Origin: Mobula hypostoma
Lineage: Eukaryota
Reading direction: 5' to 3'
NCBI RefSeq assembly: GCF_963921235.1
Contig: NC_086097.1
Coordinates: 51,400,001-51,464,000 of the forward strand
DNA: 64,000 nt
Shown here piece by piece: positions 25,687 through 39,081 of the stretch. Numbering within the stretch: the stretch's first letter is position 1; every line of letters starts with the position of its first letter. The position numbers and the translations under genes are program-made. The notes beneath the pieces were generated by a model. That model did not search any database. It was not told where the DNA came from and saw only the letters and a list, made by a program, of their open reading frames with translations.

Positions 25687-26523
25687 ATGTCTATGTCTAT
25701 AAGAAGTGGGAAGAATTTACCTGAACCTAGTGATAAAGGTAATGGGAAAGGAAAGATGCAAAAGGAAAGATCTGATGAAATGCCATCGTGGGCTGAAGAT
25801 ATCGTTCGGACACTGAATTCAATTAAGGATCAGAATGGATCAATTAAAGACCAACTGGAAAAGAATAGTAATGAAATGAAGTCATTTCTGGGAAAACTTA
25901 AAGAACTGGAAACTCAAGTTATTTCACACGAAGAGGAATTGAAGATAACTAAGCAAAAGCTGTCTGAAGCTACAACTTGTTTGGAAAGATATCAATATAA
26001 GATTATAGACCTGGAAACTAGGTCTCAACGAAGGAATATAAGAATTGTTGGGCTGCAGGAAGGAGCTAAAGATGCAGATGTAACAGCTTACTTTGGTAAG
26101 CTTTTCCACATTTTATTTCCTACCATTCTATCAAAGCCGCCTGCTATAGAAAGGGCACACAGGGCGTTTATCTCGAAATCGAAGGACTCTAGTAAACCAA
26201 GATCTGTTCTGGTTTGCTTTCATCACTTTAAAATTAAAGATCAAATAATATGACAGGCAAGAAAACAGAGAGTTTTTAGATTTATGGAATCTGAGCTCCG
26301 CTTCTATGAAGATTATCCAAGAGAGATAATGGAACAAAGATCAAAATTTGCCCTGGTAATGAAACAAGCATATGATAAGAATCTTTTCCCGTCTCTGAGG
26401 TATCCGACAAAACTTAAAATTTTTCCTCCTAATTCTGCTCCTTGTACTTTTTTTGATCCAAAAGTTGCACTGGATTTTGTTCAGGCTTTGCCTGCTGCTG
26501 TCACCGACACCGCTGTTGAATGA
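25687..26523 (+). pseudogene. L1 ORF1p (coiled coil plus RRM plus CTD), one internal stop
   Basis: DLETRSQRRNIRIVGLQEG, IERAHRA, PRSVLVCFHHFK, FYEDY, LRYP; in-frame TGA at 26251-26253. Confidence 0.85.
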
Positions 26524-27251
26524 TCCATCTGAAAGGCTGTTTGGCTAATTCCATATTATTCACATTTTGGAAAGAAGATTTATGAAGGTCACTTGTATAT
26601 TTCTTTGACAGACTAATTAAAGAACACGGGGAGTTGTTTTTTACTGCATATTATTGGTTTTCCTTTGGAAAGATTTACGGTTTAAGTATCTCTGCTCAAA
26701 TGATCTCTGGACATTTTATGACTGAGGGAAGAAGATAAGAACTTGTTCCTTTAATTTAATACTTCGTAGCTAATTGGTAGTTTTTCCTACTAATAGGGCT
26801 TTTTATATATTTTTCTGTTCTATTATAACATTTTATAACTGAATTTAAAGCTTTTTTAGGGAATTAATATTAAACTTAAACATGGCGCTGGTTTTTCTCT
26901 CTAAGAGATAATATTATTTTGGTTCTTTCTTGTTTATCAGTCGATGGAATGTAAATACCTTTCCTGAGACTTTATTGACTTTCTCACAAGGTCACTCTAC
27001 TTTTTTACTAACTGGGGGGAGGGAAAGAAAACACAGACAGAGCAGTCAGCAGCTTTGAATTCTATTGTGGATTGCTTGCCTTTTTCGTGTTTCTGGGTGT
27101 GGGTGGGTGGGTTTAGAGTTAGTTTTTTCCTATTGGGTAGTTCCGGAGCATGCGTGTTTTTTATTTGGTTGTATTCTTCATCACCGCCATCTTTGATTAT
27201 CCTGCATTTGTATGTGCTTTGTGCATGTATAAAGTAGAATGAAATTATAGT

Positions 27252-30200
27252 ATGCTGTTCAAACGGATTAATATAATAAGTTGGAATGTACATAGTTGGA
27301 ATCATCCTATTAAACGAGAGAAGACTTTTAAAATTATTAACTGATTCCAACCTGATATAATTTTTGCTCAAGAGACACATATCAGGGCAGGAGATCAAAA
27401 TAGATTTTTTAGATGGTGGAATGGTTTGCAATTCCACTCCACTTCTCAGAGTAAAACAAAAGGCGTGTCTATTTTCATTAAACCTAATATATTTATTCAA
27501 GAGGATATTGAATCAGATTCTAATGGTAGATTTTTAATTGTTAAAGGAACAATCTGTAATAGAAAAGTTGTTTTGGTTAATTTTTATGGTCCTAACTTAG
27601 ATGATCCTTCTTTTTTTAAAAAGGTATTTGCTTTACTGCCTGACTTAAATGAATATATGCTCATAATGGGTGGGGATTTTAATTGTTGTTTAAATCCTAT
27701 GATTGATAAGAGCTCAACCAATCAGCGACTTTCAAATCATTCCGTGTCATTTATTAATTCCTTTTTGATTGATTTTGGGTTGATTGATTTGTGGAGGTAT
27801 CTTAATCCCGACAATAGAGAATATTCTTTCTTCTCACACGTTTATAAAAAATATTTGAGGATCCCCGCTTCTTGCCTAGTGTTAAAACCTGCGAATATGA
27901 CACTATTGCTATATCTGATCATGCGCCTCTGAGTTTGTCCTTTGAATTTGATGATGTCACTTTTGCCCGCCCACCTTGGCGCATGTCTCAGACATTATTG
28001 CAAAACTCTGACATTGTCACTTTCATTGAAACCCAGATAAAGGATTTGTTTCTTTTTAATGATATGGGGGGTATGTCTAAATTAGCTATATGGGATACAT
28101 TGAAAACATTTATACTCGGTCAGATTATTTCTTATCCAGCTAAACTTAAAAAACAAACTAAAGCAGAATTAGATAGAATTTCAAAACAAATTAAAGATTT
28201 AGATAATATTTATGCAATTTCCCCTAATATTGATTTATTTAAACAAAGGGTGGAACTTCAATCACAATATAACCTGTTATTAACTCATCCCATTGAAGGT
28301 TATTTGCTTAAGTTAAAGAGCCAATTTTATATGTCTGGAGATAAAAATAATAAACTGCTTGCGTCTCAATTAAAAATGGCTGCAGCCAAAAGGCAAATCA
28401 TGAAAATTCGTAGGAAAGATGGTACCTTAGCTCAGGAATATGAGGAAATTAGTAAGATTTTTCAAGACTTTTAAGCTGAGCTATATAAATCTCAATGTCC
28501 GTTAGATTCCTCTAAAATGAATGCTTTTTTTACAGAAGATTGTTTTTCCTAAAATCTCGGCTGAGGATCAAAAGATTCTCAATGCTCAAATTACTGAAGC
28601 CGAAATTCATAAAGCTATTTTTTCAATGCAATCTGGTAAGTCCCCAGGACTTGATGGCTATCCCGTAGAATTTTATAAAAAATTTGGAAAGTTGCTCTCT
28701 CCGTATATGTTGGAAATGTTTAAGGATTCTTTTGTGAAAGGTGACTTACCCTCTACTTTTTATGAGGCCTCGATTTCTTTAATTCTTAAAAAAGATAAAG
28801 ATCCTCCTGACTGTGCTTCATATAGACCTATTTCATTACTGAATGATGATGCTAAGATTTTGTCAAAGATAATGGCCAATCGGTTGGAGAATATTTTGGG
28901 TAAAATGATTTGTAAAGATCAAACAGGCTTTATAAAGGGTCGTTATTCCTTTTCAAATGTTCGGAGACTACTTAATATTATATATTCATCCTCTTCTAAA
29001 GTTCCACAATGTGTTGTATCTTTGGATGCTGAAAAAGCGTTCGACCGAGTCGAATGGAAATATTTATTCAATGTTTTAGAGAAATTTGGCTTTGGTGTTA
29101 ATTTTAATAATTGGATTAAAATGATATATAAAGCCCCTCTTGCTACTGTTGTCACTAACAATTGTAGGTCTCCTTTTTTTCAGCTTTCACGGGGGACAAG
29201 GCAAGGCTGTCCATTAAGTCCTTTGTTGTTTAATTTAATATTAGAACCCCCTGCTATTTCTCTTCGTGAGGCCAAAAATATCCATGGGATATTTGTGAAT
29301 GAGACCATGCATAAGGTCTCTCTTTATGCTGATGATTTATTGTTTTATATATCTAACCCTGACGAATTCATTCCTGCCCTGTTAAAATTATTTAATGAAT
29401 TCGGAGGTTTTTCAGGATATAAAATTAATTTTAGTAAAAGTGAATTATTTCCTTTAAATGATTCTGTTTCTATATATGATAATACTCCTTTTAAAGTTTC
29501 AGACTCTTTTAGATATTTAGGTATTGTAATTACTAAAAAATATAAGGATCTTTATAAAGCTAATTTTGTTCCCTTAGTAGACTCTATGAAGTATTTATTT
29601 AGTAGATGAAGTCCACTTACATTTTCACTTGTTGGTCGTATTCATATAGTTAAAATGATGATTCTACTGAAATTTTTATATTTATTTCAGAATATTCCTG
29701 TTTTTTTGACTAGGAAGTTTTTTGATCGGATTGATTCTATTATTTTATCTTTTATTTGGAATAATAAAAGACCAAGAATTAGTAAATGTCATTTACAAAA
29801 ATTGAAAAAGGACAGAGGTCTTGCTTTGCCTAATTTTAGAATGTATTATTGGGCTGTAAATCTGCGATATATGTCTTTTTGGTTATACTGGGTTGATAAG
29901 AATGATCGGCCAATTTGGGTAGATCTGGAACTAAAAGTTGTAAAACAGTTTTAATTAACTTTGTTATTGGGGGCTCCTTTACCTATGCAATTAGGTAAAG
30001 TTGTTAATTTAAACTTATATCCTGTGGTTAAGTATTCTTTACAAATTTGGCTCCAGTTCCGCAATTCTTTTAATCTTAAAAATTTTAAACTTTGTAGTTT
30101 AATTTACCGAAATTACTTTTTTAAGCCTTCTTTGAGTGATCCAATTTTTCTACTTTGGGAAAATAAAGGTATTAATTCTTTTTTGGATTTATTTAAAGAA

Positions 30201-31014
30201 GATAGATTGATGTCCTTTGAACAATTAACTGATAAATATTCTCTTTCATATTCACACTTTCTGCAATGCCTTCAAGTTAGACATTTTTTTACAAAAATAT
30301 TTAAGTAATTTCCCTTACATATTGGAGGCTGACCTGTTAGATACTATTATGAGTATGAATCCTCTGATTAAGGGTTCTATTGGAAGAATTTATAATTTAT
30401 TATTACAATGGGATAAGCGTCCTTTGTCTAAGATTAAACAGGATTGGGGAAAGGAACTTAATTTGACTTTTATGACGGAGGATTGGATGCGGATATTGAA
30501 GTTCGTTAACTCTTCTTCAACTTGTGCTAGCCACTCATTGATTCAATTTAAAATTGTACATCATTATCATCTGACAAAGGAGAGACTTTCTAAAATCTTT
30601 CCTAATGTTGATAGTCATTGTGATAGATGTAAAACTGAGATAGCTACACTGACACATATGTTTTGGTCTTGTTCTATATTGGAACAGTTCTGGAAGTCGG
30701 TTTTCTCAACAATTTCTAAAGCACTTAAAATTAATTTACAACCTAATAAATTAACTGTGCTTTTTGGAATAGTTCCTCAGAATATTCATGGTATTTCTGT
30801 GTCTGACCAACATGTTACTGCATTTGTTACATTGATAGCTAGGAGGGCCATTTTGTTGAAGTGGAAGGATACATCAGCTCCCACTTTGTCACAATGGTTC
30901 TCTTAAGTGATGCTATGTCTTAGGTTGGAGAAAATTAGAAGTCGAATCTTTGAACCTTTATTTGATTTTGAGAAAAGATGGGGCTCATTTGCTCGTTATT
31001 ATCATTTGAGTTAA
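27252..31014 (+). pseudogene. L1 ORF2p (APE endonuclease, RT, CCHC), several stops and frameshifts
   Basis: ISWNV, QETH, GGDFN, SDH; YRPISLLN, LDAEKAFDRV, RGTRQGCPLSP, YADD; CDRC...HMFWSC. Confidence 0.9.
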
Positions 31015-33374
31015 TTGATATAATTTTTCCACAATCTAATTGTAAATTCTTTTACTATATTTTCTTTTCTTGCCGGCGGGTTGATGTTTATTTTTCGAAG
31101 CTTTTTGTATGACGCATGGCTCCGGGGTTGTACACCTAGTGGGTTCTCTATTTTTTTCTCACTTTTCTGCTCAGTAGGTTTTTTTTGTTATCACAAAATT
31201 TTGTTTTCAATCTTTAAGATGATGGGTTTTTTTTGAGGCATTGTAAGTGTTGTTACTTCAATGTACTCATGTTATTTTTCCTATATATATATATACAATA
31301 AAAAGATTTGAAAAGAGAGAAAGATGAGTTCTCTGAACTTCCCCTTCCTGAATTCCACAATCAATTCCTTGTTTCTACTGACTTTGAGTGCAAGGTTGTC
31401 GTTGAGATACCACTCAACCAGCCAATCTATCTCATTCCTGTACATCTCTTGCCACCTTCTGAGATTCTGCCAACAATAGTGGTGTCAATTACAAAGTTAT
31501 AGTTCTGTAATTGTGGATTCTGAAGGGTTTCATTTGAGAATCACACACACTCCAGAGACTGATACCAGGACAATTCATGTTCGTTCATTTATTATGCGGA
31601 GACAGATTTGCTGATAGGAAAAAATAAAGCTGAGGGTGTTGCATGACTTAAACTTCCCAATCCTAATCTCTGTGAATATTAGTTATATCAGGATATGTGA
31701 ACAGGTAGCATTAGGTAGCAGTGAGAACACCAATGCAAAACCTGTGTTGCTTCTGGAGTAGACTGAAGAATCACAATAGAATCCGGTAATAGGGTATCAA
31801 TAAGCCTACCGAAAAGATGGTAGGCCCTGGAAACACATGCAACAGATTTTGTGTCCCTTTGCTTGGCTTTGGAAAAGAAAGGATAACTGGATACACATAC
31901 ATTAGTGAAATTCTGTTCCTTAATCTTTATATGTTTACAAAATGGCATGGTTTGTATAGCTGGAGAGAGTTTATGGACTGCACACATATGATGACTCTTC
32001 TTCCTGCAATAATTGATCAACACTTCTCTGCTTGACCCAAACGTGGACATGAGTGAGTGATGTATTTGTTCCGCAGACAAATGAAACAAACAGCTGCAGC
32101 AGCAGATTTTCCGCTTAAGAGAAGATTGAGTTCTTCAAAGCTTCCCAACTGGCAGCCAATGGAGATCTATGGCAAGACTTGTCAAAGCATCTTCAAATCA
32201 GCTGACAAGAGTAATCCATCTTAATTATCAATGCAGATGTGGACTTGGAGCCTAATGGAATGGCAATTTGAGTTCTCTAACAAGTACCGCTATCTTTTTG
32301 GACAGTAGCATATGTCAAACGTTTGCTTATGTTCCTTAGTGTGCCGTGCCAGTGGAATATGGGAATTTAGTGATTCTTGAAACATCTCCACAATCTCTTC
32401 AGCTCCACTTTCAGGAAACTGCTATTCAAAATACTCTAATATTGTGGCACTTTTTCCCTTTTATTGCTCAGTAGATGGAGTAATCTAGGCACATTCCTAA
32501 TTCTGGTGAGACATGTCAAATCCTGGTTTTCTTAAGTGGTGCAATGATTACAATCCCTTCTGATTTTACAAAGAGGCAGGGCTTTGCCTTACTTTGCAAT
32601 TAGTGACTTCAAATTATATAGCTTGACCCAACATCCTCATCACTACAATCTATGGTTCTCCTATGGAAGTTATATTAGTTTAACAGACAACGGAAATGTT
32701 GTATGTGGTATTTCTTAGAAGCCTTGGGCTAGATTTGATTTTTATACAATAACATAGAGATCACACTAACAAGCTGTTTCAATGACACTGAATCTAATCA
32801 GTGAGCTTCAGAAATTGAATGAAACTCTCAGAAATGGGTGACATAAAAATTAAAGGTGGGCTATTAGGGAAAATGGAAAACAGGCAAGATCATGCAAGAA
32901 AACCCAGCTGTTGATATCTACATTATTTTATGGATCGCAAAAGTACTCTTGCTTCCCATAAATTGAAACAAAATTACCTGTAGGACATTGAAATAAATAC
33001 CCTATAAATGTAAGGCCATCTTTAATTTTTTTCCAGCTCTGATGTTGGATCATTAGCATGAAGTATTGAGTCTTTTTCTTATTCCACAGAGTAGTCTGAC
33101 CTGCAGAGGTCAGCTTTTTCCATTATATTTTGGATTTCTGTTGTATTTTTCCTTTACATTACCCTGGGGACATTCTTTGGCTGGACAGTTCTGGACAGAG
33201 CACAATGCTTGCACTATCATGTGTATTTCTAGAATAGCAATCTCGAGCATTTCAAATGATCCAGCAGCCAAATGATTCCCTACAAGTTTACCTCTTAAAG
33301 AGACATTTGCCTCTTGTTACTATCATTATCGGTAATGCAAGAACAGCATATCAGTGTCTTTCAAATAAAAACAA

Positions 33375-34110
33375 ATTTGATGACACAAAGGTTGGGGATG
33401 TTGTGCATAGTCTGGAGGGTTGTCAGAGGTTATAGCAGGACATCGATAGGGAGCAGAATTGGGCTGAGAAATGGCAGGTGGAGTTCAACCCAGATAAGTG
33501 CGAAGTGGTTCATTTTGGTAGGTCAAATTTGAAGACAGAATACGGTATTAATGGTAAGACTCTTGGCGGTGTGGAGGATCAGGGATATTTTGGGGTCCAA
33601 GTCCATGCTGTGCAGGTTGACAGTGTTGTTAAGAAGGTATATGATATGTTGGCATTCAATTCATCAACCATGGAAGTGAGTTCAAGAGCCGTGAGGTAAT
33701 GTTATAGCTGTATAAGGCCTTGGTCAGAACTCACTTGGAGTACTGTGTTCAGTTCTGGTCACCTCACTACAGGAAGGATGTGGATACTATAGAAAGAGTG
33801 CAGGGGAGATTTACAAGGATGTTGCATGGATTGGGGAGCATGCCTTATGAGAATAGGTTGAGTGAATTTGGCCTTTTCTCCTTGGAGCGACAGAGGATGA
33901 GAGGTGACCTGTTACCGGCGTATAAGATGACGAGAGGCATTGATTATGTGGATAGCCAGAGGCTTTTTCCCAGGGCTGAAATGGCGAAAATGAGAGGGCA
34001 TAGTTTTAAGGTGATTGGAAGTAGGTACAGAGGGGATGTCAGGGGTAAATTTTTCACACGGGGAGTGGTGGGTACATGGAATGCACTGCCGGTGACGGTG
34101 GTGTAGATGG
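33375..34110 (+). mobile_element. CR1 LINE 3' fragment, split by the LTR element; resumes at 38217-38390
   Basis: EFNPDKCEVVHFG; HLEYCVQFWSPHYRKD; the 3' remainder follows the right LTR. Confidence 0.85.
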
Positions 34111-34926
34111 TGTGATGAAAAACCAAGTTATCAGAAGATTGATACTGATAAGAGAGATAAGGGAGACAATGGAGAAGCGTTCAAAATGTTAATGAGAGAG
34201 GAGAGAGATAACGGAAAAGAAACACAATTAAGAGTATTGACAGACTGGTTGCTTTGAACCTGAACTGTTTGAAGTTTGATGGACAGGCGATACCCCAGCA
34301 GGGGGATAAAAAGAACAGGTTCGTTAAGGCACGACACACACCACAAGATCACGAGATAACGAGACCCTGGAAGAGCGGTGTGCCCCCACAAGTTGGTGGA
34401 GTTTGGAGGTCTGGTCACGGGACCAACCATAGACGCACAGGGTGAAAAGGTACGATCGGTGGGAACCTGGTGTGTGTGTCTGCCCTTGCCTGGGTGCCGG
34501 GTTCACCGCGGAAGAACGGTTGTATCCGGAACGAGGGGTCACAGTTGGTGACCACAGAAGACATAAAAGGGTTCGTCCGAAAGCTAACTGCGAAGAACGA
34601 AGGTCTGTGTGAATCAGAATTTGCATATTATCTCTCTCTCTCTCCCCGATGGCACAACAGCAATTACTGCGAACTGTCCTAAGCTGAACTGAACTCTGCG
34701 TCACATGAGACTGATCATTTTACGATAGAGCTTGTTTGATTCCTATTACTCTAGTTCTGTGTACATGTGTGTTTTATCATTGCTAATCTGTTGCATCCAT
34801 ATCCTTACGATTAGAGTACTGTGTTACATATTTCTTTAATAAAACTTTCTTAGTTCCAGTAATCCAGACTCCAACAAAGTGGTCCATTTCTGCTGGTTTG
34901 GCAACCCAGTTATGGGGTACGTGACA
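34111..34926 (+). repeat. 5' LTR (816 bp)
   Basis: TGTGATGAAAAACC...GTACGTGACA; direct repeat of 37391-38216. Confidence 0.92.
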
Positions 34927-34930
34927 TAAG

Positions 34931-34948
34931 TGGGGGCTCGTTCGGGAT
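34931..34948 (+). promoter_or_regulatory. Primer binding site complementary to the tRNA-Pro 3' end
   Basis: TGGGGGCTCGTTCGGGAT versus canonical tRNA-Pro PBS TGGGGGCTCGTCCGGGAT (1 mismatch), 4 nt after the LTR. Confidence 0.88.
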
Positions 34949-35024
34949 TTTGAATGCCAAATTTGGGACTGGGTAAATTGATTGGGTTAAAATTCCCAAA
35001 GAAAGAAAGAGCAAACAGCAGAAA

Positions 35025-36215
35025 TAGAGATTGAAGAATTTCTAAAGGCACCAACCTTGGAGGCATTAGAGGATGCCAGGAAATCAGACTTGGCAACTGT
35101 GGCCAAATGGTTGAATCTTTTTAAGGGGAAGTCGACAATGAGGAGAGTGGAGATGCACAGAGCTACTCATAGAGCACTATGTATCTAAAGGTGTGTTTCC
35201 CCAAGGGGAGCTGGAGGTGGTATCTATGGGCAAACCTGGTGGAGAAGCAGTACAGCTGCAGATGGAAAAATTGAGACTCGAGCACGAGTTCCGGGTAAAA
35301 CAGCTGGAAAAAGAAGAGAGGGACAGGCAGTTAGAGCGAGAAGAGAGGGACAGGCAGTTAGAACGAGAAGCGAGAGAGAAACAGAGGGAAAGGGAAATTG
35401 AGCTGGAGAAGTTAAAGATGACGCTAGCGCAGGGGCCCATGCCGAACCAAGGTGGAGGGTTCAGGGCGACCCAGGAGGTTAGGCTGGTTCCCCCATTTGA
35501 AGAGGCCGATGTTGATCGGTACTTTCTCCATTTTGAAAAAGTTGCTGCAAGTCAGGACTGGCCGAGGGATAAGTGGGCTGTTTTGCTTCAGAGCGTACTT
35601 AAAGGAAAAGCCCAGCAAGCTTACTTGGCCTTGTCCGCAGAAGATACCCAGAGGTATGATGTGATGAAAGAGGCCATACTCAGGATTTATGAGTTGGTCC
35701 CGGAGGCATACCGGCAGAGGTTCCGGAATGCGAGGAAGCAGTGGGGCTGCACATATTTAGAGTTTGCCCGTGAGATGCAGATGTATTGTGAGCGTTGGTG
35801 CACCTCGAAAGGGGTCAATGGGAATTATGACAGACTGCTACAGCTAATACTGATTGAGCAGTTTAAAGGTTGTGTCCCTGAAGGTATGAGACCCTACCTA
35901 GATGAGAAAGAGGCAGACATCTCAGCCGCAACTGCTAAGTTAGCGGATGAATACGCGTTAACGCACAAAGCGAAGTTTACCCCGAGTAAAAGCTACCACA
36001 AGGATAGTCAAAAGGGCGGAGAGAGTCCGCCAGAAAAGTCAGAAAGCAAGCCGGGGACTAGTGAGAAGGATAAGGAAGACCGGGAGCAGTTTGGTAGGAA
36101 GTCTCCTGGGGTCGTATGCTATAATTGTGGGAAAGCCGGACACTTTGCGTCCAGGTGCTTTGCCCCAAAGAAGGAGACGGAAAGGAAAAACAAAGGTTCT
36201 GACTGGCTGTATTGA
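35025..36215 (+). pseudogene. Gag with coiled coil, SCAN-like capsid C-domain and CCHC knuckle (open 35193-36215; N-terminus frameshifted)
   Basis: VPPFEEADVDRYFLHFEKVA; PEAYRQRFR...CERW...LILIEQF...VPE; CYNCGKAGHFASRC. Confidence 0.85.
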
Positions 36216-37272
36216 GCTGGTAAACAAACCGCTAGGGGAGAAGAGGTCTGATAGAGTTCAGGAAGGGCGCGACAGGTTTATTTCGGCCGGATTGGTGTCG
36301 GTGAAGGAGGGGTCAAACCCAGTTCCAGTGCGGATCTGGAGAGACACTGGAGCTTGTCAGTCACTGATCTTAAGGAGTGTTTTAGACTTCAGTTCAGAGA
36401 CCGAAAAGGGACTGAAGCAGTACCTTTGCACCAGATACAGCTAAAAAGCGACTTGGTCTCCGGACTGGTCATGATCGGGGTGAGGCCCGAACTACCGACG
36501 GAAGACGTGGAGGTCTTACTCGGTAATGACCTCGCCGGCAGAAATGTGTTCTCAGCAGTAAAACTGACAAGCCAGCCTGCCAGCATTGAGGCCCCGCCCA
36601 TGGACTCACAGGCTTATCCCGTTTGCGCAGTGACTCGGCGCATGTCCAGAAAGGCTGCCGAAGTGAATATAGATTTAGCTGAGAAGTTTTTACCAGCCTT
36701 GTACCAGAAGGGGTTAGAAAGTGAGAAGCAGCGTAGTGAAACGGAATTTAAGGCAGACTTATCATTAGCAAGGAAGGAATTTATACAGGCACAGGAGCGA
36801 GACGAGGAGCTGTTTAAAAAGCTGTCTGAAGCCAGCCTGACAGTGAACCTTGCAAAAAGTGAATTTGGCCACGGAAAGATCACTTATATGGGATTTGTGG
36901 TAGGACAGGGGCAGCTGGCTCCGATGCAGGCTAAGGTGCGGGCTATCTCTGAAGTCCCCACCCCAACAGACAAGAGAGCCCTGAGAAGGTTCTTGGGGAT
37001 GGTGGGGTACTACTGGAAGTTTTGCAAAAACTTTGCGGATATTACCCTCCCTCTTACTAAGCTCTTGCCAAAGGATGCTAAGTTTGCGTGGGACGACCCT
37101 TGTTATCTTTGTCCGGGACAGAAACCACTGAGAATTTACACTGATCACAACCCATTAGTGTTTTTGGCCACTATGAAGTTTGCTAAGTTGGAGCCGGGTC
37201 TTAGAGGATTATTAAAATAACACATATAAAAGGAATGGAAAGGTGATTGCTGACTGTCTATCAAGGTGTTGA
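36200..37272 (+). pseudogene. Pol remnant: protease, RT C-terminal part, RNase H end; integrase and RT core missing
   Basis: IWRDTGACQSLI; VLLGNDL; LTVNLAKSEF...RRFLGMVGYY; YTDHNPL; IADCLSRC* just before the PPT. Confidence 0.8.
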
Positions 37273-37390
37273 CAACTTAAAGTTCTCTGTATTAGCCGAA
37301 TAGCTGATGACCCTGTATATTAGTGTGTATCTAATAATGTATTCATGCCTATAATTTTTACCCCGGTAAAAATCCTTTGAAGGATAGGGG

Positions 37391-38216
37391 TGTGACGAAA
37401 AACCAAGTTATCAGAAGATTGATACTGATGAGAGAGATAAGGGAGACAATGGAGAAGCGTTCAAAGTGTTAATGAGAGAGGAGAGAGATAACGTAAAAGC
37501 AACACAATTAAGAGTATTGACAGACCGGTTGCTTTGAACCTGAACTGTTTGAAGTTTGATGGACAGGCGATACCCAGCAGGAGGATAAAAAGAACAGGTT
37601 CGCTAAGGCACGACACACACCACGAGATCACGAGATAACGAGACCCTGGAAGAGCGGTGTGCCCCCACAAGTTGGTGTGAGTTGGAGGTCTGGTCATGGG
37701 ACTGATCATAGACGCACAGGGTGAAAAGGTACGATCAGCAGGAACCTGGTGTGTATGTCCGCCCTTTCCTGGGTGCCGGGTTCACCGTGGAAGAACGGTC
37801 ATATCCGGAACGGAGGGTCACAGTTGGTGACCATAGAAGACAAAAAAGGGTTCGCCCGAAAGCTAACTGCGAAGAACAAAGGTCTGTGTGAATCAGAATT
37901 TGCATATTATCTCTCTCTCTCTCCCCAATGGCACAACAGCGATTACTGCGAACTGTCCTAAGCTGAACTGAACTCTGTGTCACTTGAGACTGATCATTTT
38001 ACCCCTAGACTGCGATAGAGGTTGTTTGATTCCTATTACCCTAGTTCTGTGTACATGTGTGTTTTATCATTGCTAATCTGTTGCATCCATATCCTTACGA
38101 TTAGAGTACTGTGTTACTTATTTCTTTGATAAAACTTTCTTAGTTCCAGTAATCCAGACTCCAACTAAGTGGTCCATTTCCGCTGGTTTGGCAACCCATT
38201 TACGGCGTACGTAACA
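37391..38216 (+). repeat. 3' LTR (826 bp)
   Basis: TGTGACGAAAAACC...GTACGTAACA. Confidence 0.92.
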
Positions 38217-38469
38217 ACGGATAAAATAGGGTCTTTTAAGAGACTCTTAGACAGGTACATGAAGATTAGAAAAATAGAGGTCTATGCGGTAGGGTAATTC
38301 TAGGCAGTTTCTTGAGTAGGTTACATGGCTGGTATAACTTTGTGGGCCGAAGGGCCTGTAATGTACTTTAGATTTTTATGTTCTAGATACTTACAAAGTG
38401 ATAAAATTACTTCAACAACCATTGCTACGTTACGGTACGTATTAAAAAATTATTCAGGAATATGCTTAC

Positions 38470-38633
38470 ACCTGTTCTTTGATGAGTTTGGAATGAATCT
38501 TGGCTACACCATTCACTGCATGTGAACCCACAATGCAGAGGTGTGCCATATTTATCTTCTTTTCTGAACTCTCTTCTATCAGACTCATTCGAGTTAAACG
38601 CTGGTCATCTCTAGGATAGCGAGTTTTGATTTT
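38470..38633 (-). CDS. PYGL: Glycogen phosphorylase exon 11 equivalent (164 bp)
   Basis: cag|[54 protein letters not shown](V)|gtaag; lies within ORF 38466..38702. Confidence 0.95.
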
Positions 38634-39081
38634 CTGTAGAAGACATTTTAAATTGTTGTAAACAGAATACTGTTTGTGAATGAATACAGTTATTAGATTC
38701 ACACAGCATACAAACAGCCCCTCTGACCTATCACATCAAGGACCAGTCAATACTGATCCCATTCACCAGCACTTGGTCCATACCTTACTATGAGTAACCC
38801 CACTTTTCCTTTGATAATGCATTCAAGTCTTCAACCACTGGATGAAAATATTTTCCTGTAGATCGCTTTAAACCTCTTATTCCCCTTAAACCTATTTCCT
38901 CTGGCCTTCAGCACCTCTGCCATGGGAAAGGTTCCTTACTCTCTAACTATGTATGTAAATCTTTACCAAGGACTCTTGTTTCCACTGCTCTAAGGAAAAC
39001 AAATGTGGATTATCCAGCCTCTCCTCTTATTTGAAACTTCTGTTCCAGGAAACATGATGGTGAAACTCCTCAGCCCTCTTT

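Larger units (their letters stand above)
25559..31322 (+). mobile_element. Near full-length fish-type L1 LINE (5.76 kb) with 10-bp TSD, inserted into a Rex1 fragment
   Basis: GATGAGTTCT at 25549-25558 and 31323-31332; ORF1 plus ORF2; AATAAA and an A-rich tail. Minus-strand Rex1 sequence resumes on both sides (25484-25558, 31323-31500). Confidence 0.93.
34111..38216 (+). mobile_element. Gypsy LTR retrotransposon, Gmr1-like, internally deleted (non-autonomous)
   Basis: Two TG...CA LTRs; TSD ATGG/ACGG (34107-34110, 38217-38220); PBS; purine tract GAAGGATAGGGG before the 3' LTR; gag, protease, and RT/RNase H remnants. Confidence 0.92.

Noticed and set aside
35193..36215. Domesticated SCAN/zinc-finger host gene
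   Set aside because: It lies between two LTRs with PBS, PPT and TSD, and its N-terminus is frameshifted, so it is retrotransposon gag.
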